DNA from: a bacterium | GTDB taxonomy: Bacteria > Hydrothermota > 32-111 | NCBI GenBank assembly: GCA_046484245.1 | Contig: JAWOBN010000044.1 | Coordinates: 1-42,211, forward strand | Direction: 5' to 3' | Length of the DNA: 42,211 nucleotides | Shown: positions 37,801-42,211 of the stretch, in pieces | Position numbering within the stretch: position 1 is the first letter of the stretch | Layout of the letters: each line of letters begins with the position of its first letter | The notes under the pieces: model-generated | The model's input: only the letters and a program-made list of their open reading frames with translations | The model's database searches: none | What the model was told of the DNA's origin: nothing | Program-made: the position numbers and the translations under genes

Positions 37801-38594
37801 TTTGTGCCTGCTTCATAAATTATCTCACCTGTTTCCTTGTCAATGATATCACTTGCAAGCATCTTCTTGATGAGCGGATTATTCTTGTTCTTTGCATCCT
37901 TCTGTGAGAACTTCACTGTTTCCCTGTCAAAGAACAGGTCAAATATCTTCTCATTTGTGTCATGCCCGAATGCTCTTAAAAGTATTGTTGCGGCAAAATT
38001 CCTTCTTCTGTCAAGATTGGCATGCATCACATTATTATGGTCCACATTGAATTCCAGCCAGGCGCCTTTATTGGGCAGCAGCTGGGCAATGTATTTCTGT
38101 TTACCGGAACTGCTTGTTGTCTCTGTGAAGAATACACCGGGTGAACGGTGTATCTGATTTATTATAACCCTCTCTACACCATTAATGAGAAAGGCTTTAT
38201 TGTCGCCCATCAGGGGGACATTACAGAGATAGACATCCTGTTCAATAATATCCTTTATTGAATCAAGCGGTTCATCCGTCTCTTCATCAATATTCTTGAA
38301 AATAAGCTTGAGTGTGATCTTCAGCGGAGCGGCATATGTTATGCCCTTGTATTTGGATTCTTCAAATGAATAGAGGGGTTCTTCTATCTCATATCTGACA
38401 AAATCCAGTATAAATCTGCCGTGCACATCTTCAATCGGGAATGTGTCGTCAAATATCTTCTGAAGACCAATGCGCTCCCTCTTTTCATGTTCAACAGATG
38501 CCTGGAGGAGCTTATCGTATGACTCCTTCTGAACTGAGAGAAGATCGGGCATATCAATGATTGTATTTAGACGAGAGAAATTTTTTCTTTCCAT
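34803..38594 (-). CDS. rpoB: RNA polymerase beta subunit
   Basis: CPIETPEGPNIGL, GDKLSGRHGNKG, GGQRFGEME. Confidence 0.99.
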   Translation of the reverse strand: MERKNFSRLNTIIDMPDLLSVQKESYDKLLQASVEHEKRERIGLQKIFDDTFPIEDVHGRFILDFVRYEIEEPLYSFEESKYKGITYAAPLKITLKLIFKNIDEETDEPLDSIKDIIEQDVYLCNVPLMGDNKAFLINGVERVIINQIHRSPGVFFTETTSSSGKQKYIAQLLPNKGAWLEFNVDHNNVMHANLDRRRNFAATILLRAFGHDTNEKIFDLFFDRETVKFSQKDAKNKNNPLIKKMLASDIIDKETGEIIYEAGTKVNNAMLDHLLSFEINEIELVKADDEETDIIFKTLKKDNTDSYEEAIERIYTLVRGTTPATTEIAEKFFENVYFNVKRYEIGKVGRFKLNKRLGHNVDENEEGLVPEDIIETLRKLMHLSLDNSEDDFDDIDHLGNRRLRRVGELLENTLNHALSKMVKSIKERMMLKDISSLTPKDLINARLISSMIMSFFSTSQLSQFMEQTNPLAELTHKRRMSALGPGGLTRETAGFEVRDVHHSHYGRICPIETPEGPNIGLITSLSTYARINEYGFIESPYRKAEKGKVTDSIEYLTADEEDKYTIAQANARIDDKGKFLDKYVLCRRKGEYPMVPKNEVDYMDVSPAQLVSPSASLIPFLEHDDANRALMGSNMQRQAVPLLRPTAPVVGTGMEEKAARDTGSVVLAENDGTVEEVTGDYIKVKAPGKHSENIFEEDAGYDLYHLKSFERTNQDTTVIQKPIVSVGDKIKAGDIIADGHACDNGELALGQNMLVALMPWRGYNFEDAIVISERVLHEDTLTSIHINEQEVDLRETELGPEEFTRELPNVPEEALADLDENGIIRIGAKVKPGDILVGKVTPKGEVELTPEEKLLKAIFGEKASDVRDTSLRVPPGTTGVVLDVRVLSKESTRKENVEKEIVKQIEEKVKHIEKKRLDMLVDILKGKKAKDSVYDIYSRVVVRKNTRFNREVLEKVDYNTVLIEKSAFGDDYDKVKSIVRDSNKAVSKIRGKIGEVSMSQVHGDELPNGVLKKVKVFIAQKRNVQVGDKLSGRHGNKGVISTVVPVEDMPYMEDGTPVDIVLNPLGVPSRMNVGQVLETLLAFAGIKLGMKYATPVFDGCTIDNIKEYLEEAGLNPNGKTPLYDGMTGEKFDEDVTVGYMYIMKLSHMIEDKIHARATGPYSLISQQPLGGKAQFGGQRFGEMEVWALMAYGAAHTLQEILTVKSDDVRGRSDLYESIIKGKNPPDPGLPAAFNVLIKELNGLCLDVELGSEEEENNDSTGGK

Positions 38595-38620
38595 TAACTT
38601 CTACCCCTTTTAATTTTTGG

Positions 38621-38647
38621 GAAGGGGCACATGGCAGTGCCCCTTTC
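38621..38647 (-). promoter_or_regulatory. Stem-loop in the rplL-rpoB spacer (attenuator or processing site candidate)
   Basis: AAGGGGCAC-ATGGCA-GTGCCCCTT; no U-tract on the coding strand. Confidence 0.5.
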
Positions 38648-38651
38648 TGAT

Positions 38652-39026
38652 TTACTTAAGAGTGACAATTGCGCCGGCTGCCTCAAGTTCTTCTTTGATC
38701 TTTTCGGCTTCTTCCATCTGTATGTCTTTCTTGAGTTCCTTCGGTGCTTCGTCAACAATGCCCTTTGCCTCTTTAAGACCAATATCCATGATCTTCTTGA
38801 CTGCCTTGATGACCTGCAGTTTCTTATCACCTGCTGATTCAAGAATCAGTGTTGCTGTTGTTTTTTCTTCTTCTTCATCAGCTGCTGCGCCCGGTGCTGC
38901 TACTGCTGCTACCGGTGCTGCTGCCTGCACATCAAACTTCTCTTTGAGTTCCTCAACGAGTTCTGCCAGTTCCATGACTGTCATATTCTCTATAAGTTCC
39001 ATGATTTTATCTTTTGCTTCAGACAT
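38652..39026 (-). CDS. rplL: 50S ribosomal protein L7/L12
   Basis: ELAELVEELKEKFDV, Ala-rich hinge, GLKEAK, LEAAGA. Confidence 0.98.
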   Translation of the reverse strand: MSEAKDKIMELIENMTVMELAELVEELKEKFDVQAAAPVAAVAAPGAAADEEEEKTTATLILESAGDKKLQVIKAVKKIMDIGLKEAKGIVDEAPKELKKDIQMEEAEKIKEELEAAGAIVTLK

Positions 39027-39037
39027 TTAATGCCCCC

Positions 39038-39577
39038 TTATTTATTTTCTTCTTTTTTGTTCTTGACTGCTTCAACCGTATAGACAAAATTGCTCAATAT
39101 ACCGCCGAGGGTATATACAAAGCTTGAAATCGGCGCCTGTATTCCTGCAACTGCCTGAGAGAGCAGCACTTCCCGTGTGGGCAGGTCAGCGACCTTTTTA
39201 ATGCTCTCCTCATCAAAGAATCTGCCTTCAAGAAATGCCGATTTGATTCTCGGTTTCTTGTATTTCTTGCTGATATCCTTGATGACTCTTGCAGGTGATA
39301 CGGGGTCTTCATATGAAAGAGCTACTGACGTATTTCCGATGAATTTCTCACCGAGTTCATCTTCCATTGATGTGCCCTTGACAGCAAATGAGATATAAGA
39401 GTTCTTATAGACCTTGTACTCAACATCCTGCTCGTCAAATGCACGTCTCATTTCATTGACCTGGGCTACATTCATGCCCTTGAAGTCCGTGAAATAAATA
39501 CCCTGTGCCTTCTCAAACTTTTGAGCAATCTCTTCTACGATTTTCTTTTTCTTTTCAATGATTTTAGGATTGCCCAT
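39038..39577 (-). CDS. rplJ: 50S ribosomal protein L10
   Basis: DFKGMNV..VYKN..LPTREVLL; synteny. Confidence 0.96.
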   Translation of the reverse strand: MGNPKIIEKKKKIVEEIAQKFEKAQGIYFTDFKGMNVAQVNEMRRAFDEQDVEYKVYKNSYISFAVKGTSMEDELGEKFIGNTSVALSYEDPVSPARVIKDISKKYKKPRIKSAFLEGRFFDEESIKKVADLPTREVLLSQAVAGIQAPISSFVYTLGGILSNFVYTVEAVKNKKEENK

Positions 39578-39586
39578 TTTGTCTCC

Positions 39587-40285
39587 TTATTTAGCTTTTC
39601 CTATTTCAGAAAGATCAATGGGAATACCCGGCCCCATTGTAGTTGATACTGTGACGTTTTTAATATAAACGCCTTTGGCTGCCTGTGGTTTTGCGCGTTT
39701 GATTTCTGATATGAAATATTTGATATTTTCCACTAATTGATTTTCATCAAAAGATATTTTGCCGACCAGAGAATGAATATTGGCTGTCTTGTCAATCCTG
39801 TAATTGACTCTGCCTTTCTTTGTCTCCTCAACAACGGATTTAATGTCATTTGTCACAGTGCCTGTCTTGGGGCTGGGCATCAATCCTCTGGGTCCCAGGA
39901 CCTTGCCGAGCTTGCCCACTATCTTCATCTGGTCAGGCGTGGTAATGACTGAATCAAATTCAAGGAATCCGTCCTGTATCTTCTGAGCCATTTCCTCATC
40001 ACCTATGAAGTCAGCTCCTGCCTCTTTTGCTTCCTCTGCCTTGTCGCCTGCCGCAAAGACAAGCACCTTGGGGGACTTCCCTGTTCCGTGAGGCAGTGTT
40101 GTCGCCCCTCTGACATTCTGGTCACTCTTCTTCGGGTCAACTCCGAGATTTATTGCTATCTCAACTGATTCATCAAACTTTGCTGTTGCCAGTTCTTTCA
40201 TCATTTTGACAGCCTCAGCTACAGGATAATCCTTGGTCTTGTCAACCTTATTCCTTATTTCCTTGTATCTCTTGCTTCCTTTCAT
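39587..40285 (-). CDS. rplA: 50S ribosomal protein L1
   Basis: [32 protein letters not shown]. Confidence 0.98.
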   Translation of the reverse strand: MKGSKRYKEIRNKVDKTKDYPVAEAVKMMKELATAKFDESVEIAINLGVDPKKSDQNVRGATTLPHGTGKSPKVLVFAAGDKAEEAKEAGADFIGDEEMAQKIQDGFLEFDSVITTPDQMKIVGKLGKVLGPRGLMPSPKTGTVTNDIKSVVEETKKGRVNYRIDKTANIHSLVGKISFDENQLVENIKYFISEIKRAKPQAAKGVYIKNVTVSTTMGPGIPIDLSEIGKAK

Positions 40286-40286
40286 A

Positions 40287-40712
40287 TTATTCCTCCACCA
40301 CTATGCCCATGCTTCGGGCAGTGCCCTCTATCATTCTCATAGCACCTTCAAGGTCTTTTGCATTGAGGTCTTCCATCTTCTGTTCTGCAATCTTCTTGAC
40401 ATCTTCCTTTTTTATCTTTCCGACCTTATCCTGATTCGGGACACCTGAGCCCTTCTCCAGTCCGGCTGCCATCTTAATTAAAGTTGAAGCAGGCGGGGTC
40501 TTAGTGATAAAGGAAAAGGAGCTGTCCATATACACACTGATAACAACCGGTGTCAGGATTCCCTTGTCTTTCTCTGTATCTGCATTGAATCTTTTGCAGA
40601 ACTGCATGATATTGATACCATGCTGGGAAAGGATGGGACCTACCGGAGGTGCCGGTGTTGCCTGTCCGGCCGGAATGTGCAGTTTGATTGTGCTTTTGAC
40701 TTTCTTCGCCAT
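40287..40712 (-). CDS. rplK: 50S ribosomal protein L11
   Basis: [19 protein letters not shown]. Confidence 0.98.
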   Translation of the reverse strand: MAKKVKSTIKLHIPAGQATPAPPVGPILSQHGINIMQFCKRFNADTEKDKGILTPVVISVYMDSSFSFITKTPPASTLIKMAAGLEKGSGVPNQDKVGKIKKEDVKKIAEQKMEDLNAKDLEGAMRMIEGTARSMGIVVEE

Positions 40713-40730
40713 TTATCTCCCCCTTGTGGG

Positions 40731-41270
40731 TTAATTACCTATAAGTTCTGCCTGTGTGAATGATATTTCAACAGGCGTTGATCTTCCGAATATTGTCACT
40801 GTTATCTTCATTTTCTCTCTTTCCTCGTAAATCTCCTCCACTACACCGGTGAAGTCCCTGAATGGTCCTGCTGTTATCTTGACATTGTCGCCTTCCTTGA
40901 ACGGTATCTCCATGACTTCCCTGATATTATCCTTGTTCTCAAGGAGTTCATAGACCATTTTCTCCTCACTCTTCTTGAGTGCAACGGGTTTTCTTCTGCC
41001 TGATATGAATGTTGAGGCAGCTGAAACTGCAGCAATAAACTGTGTCATCTCCGGGCTATCCTCCATCTCTATGAAAACATAACCGGGATAAATGCTCTTT
41101 TCAACAACAACCTTCTTGCCTTTTCTTATGCGGCCGACATACTCTGAAGGTATGAAAATATTCTCAATCCTGTCACTGAGATTGTTGATCTTTGCCTCAG
41201 CTTCAATAAGCTTCTTGGCTTTCTTCTCATAACCTGTATATACTTGTAGTAAAAACCACTTTGTTTCCAT
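40731..41270 (-). CDS. nusG: Transcription termination/antitermination factor NusG
   Basis: YPGYVFIEM, KOW GPFRDFTG, IFGRSTPVE. Confidence 0.96.
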   Translation of the reverse strand: METKWFLLQVYTGYEKKAKKLIEAEAKINNLSDRIENIFIPSEYVGRIRKGKKVVVEKSIYPGYVFIEMEDSPEMTQFIAAVSAASTFISGRRKPVALKKSEEKMVYELLENKDNIREVMEIPFKEGDNVKITAGPFRDFTGVVEEIYEEREKMKITVTIFGRSTPVEISFTQAELIGN

Positions 41271-41274
41271 GCCA

Positions 41275-41460
41275 TTACCTCGTTATCATGATTAAGCCCT
41301 TTGATATAATGAAATCAAAAAGACCAATCAGAACAGACAGTGCTATGGATACAAGTATCACAACAAAGGTAGAACCCCATAGACTCTTCTTATCGGGTAT
41401 CACAAGTTTCTTTATCTCAAACTTGACATCTACGAGATAGTTTTTAAGTTTTTGCCACAT
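41275..41460 (-). CDS. secE: Preprotein translocase subunit SecE
   Basis: 61 aa, EIKKLVIPD plus single TM, between tRNA-Trp and nusG. Confidence 0.9.
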   Translation of the reverse strand: MWQKLKNYLVDVKFEIKKLVIPDKKSLWGSTFVVILVSIALSVLIGLFDFIISKGLIMITR

Positions 41461-41481
41461 GTTTTCTCCTTAATTTGAAAA

Positions 41482-41556
41482 CAGGCCAGCAGGGACTCGA
41501 ACCCCGAACATCCGGTTTTGGAGACCGGCGCTCTAGCCAATTAGAGCTACTGGCCT
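41482..41556 (-). tRNA. tRNA-Trp (CCA anticodon), 3' CCA not encoded
   Basis: AGGCCAG acceptor stem, CT-CCA-AA anticodon loop, GGTTCGAGTCC T-arm. Confidence 0.97.
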
Positions 41557-41563
41557 ATTTAAT

Positions 41564-41713
41564 TTATTTCTTTTCCTTATGCAGTGTGTGTTTCCTGCAG
41601 AAAGGACAGTATTTCTTCAGTTCAATCTTATCAGGAGTATTCCTCTTATTCTTCTTTGTTGAATAATTAATCCGTTTGCATTCACTACATGCGAGTTTGA
41701 TCTTTTCTCTCAT
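41564..41713 (-). CDS. rpmG: 50S ribosomal protein L33 (Zn-binding C+ form), absent from the ORF track
   Basis: Manual translation [49 protein letters not shown]. Confidence 0.97.
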   Translation of the reverse strand: MREKIKLACSECKRINYSTKKNKRNTPDKIELKKYCPFCRKHTLHKEKK

Positions 41714-41722
41714 TTTTAATCC

Positions 41723-42211
41723 TTATTCCATTATTTCAAGCACAGTTCCGGCACCGACTGTCCTGCCGCCTTCCCTGATTGCAAACTTGAGATTCTTTTC
41801 CATTGCTATCGGCTCTATCAGCTCCACATTGAGCTCCACCGTGTCTCCGGGCTTCACAAACTCTATGCCTTCTCCAAGCTCTATTGATCCTGTTACATCC
41901 GTTGTCCTGAAATAGAACTGAGGCCTGTATCCGTCTTTGAATGATGTATGCCTGCCGCCCTCTTCCTTGGACAATACATATACATTGCACTTGAACTTTG
42001 TATGCGGGGTTATTGATCCAGGTTTCGCCAGCACCATGCCTCTTGTTATCTCGTCCTTGCTTATGCCTCTTAAAAGAACGCCTACATTGTCGCCTGCCTC
42101 TGCATAGTCCAGTATCTTCTTGAACATCTCAAGAGATGTCGCCACTGTCTTCTTGTGCGCTCCAAGGCCTATGATCTCCACATCGTCTCCTGAATTGATC
42201 TGGCCTCTCTC
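41723..42211 (-). CDS. tuf: Elongation factor Tu, C-terminal part (gene runs off the window)
   Basis: [45 protein letters not shown]. Confidence 0.99.
   Translation of the reverse strand, partial: ERGQINSGDDVEIIGLGAHKKTVATSLEMFKKILDYAEAGDNVGVLLRGISKDEITRGMVLAKPGSITPHTKFKCNVYVLSKEEGGRHTSFKDGYRPQFYFRTTDVTGSIELGEGIEFVKPGDTVELNVELIEPIAMEKNLKFAIREGGRTVGAGTVLEIME

Noticed and set aside
1378..41990. Numerous plus-strand ORFs antisense to real genes (e.g. 1378-1974, 27689-28387)
   Set aside because: Shadow ORFs of well-supported minus-strand genes with no recognisable motifs

Overview
Bacterial chromosomal window, almost entirely minus-strand coding. TonB/ExbBD and lipoproteins indicate a diderm organism; the gene content resembles uncultured FCB-associated lineages such as WOR-3, but that placement is inference. 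Right part (27.7-42.2 kb): housekeeping cluster tuf(partial)-rpmG-tRNA-Trp-secE-nusG-rplKAJL-rpoBC-rpsL-rpsG-fusA. The fusA is divergent, sits behind an intrinsic terminator and is not followed by tuf or the S10 genes. Middle: an operon of PEGA Ser/Thr kinase, TPR protein, lipoprotein, GAF-sigma54 activator and FTCD; a membrane protein; and an FGE-sulfatase-fold lipoprotein flanked by composite repeat patches. Left (3.1-18.4 kb): a tightly packed 18-gene run that is the most interesting element. It comprises an orphan gcvPB, a small conserved protein, a GlmL/MutL-type ASKHA ATPase with no B12 mutase nearby, a barrel-sandwich-hybrid protein, two tandem paralogous copies of an uncharacterised four-gene membrane module (DUF6754-like), a LipM-like ligase, and a DUF4388/Roadblock-like module with a shared C-terminal domain and a probable internal promoter. 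Then exbB-exbD-exbD-tonB, rpsT, and a REP/short-tandem-repeat mosaic homologous to the one at 19.8 kb. Family assignments come from motif recognition only; no database search was run.
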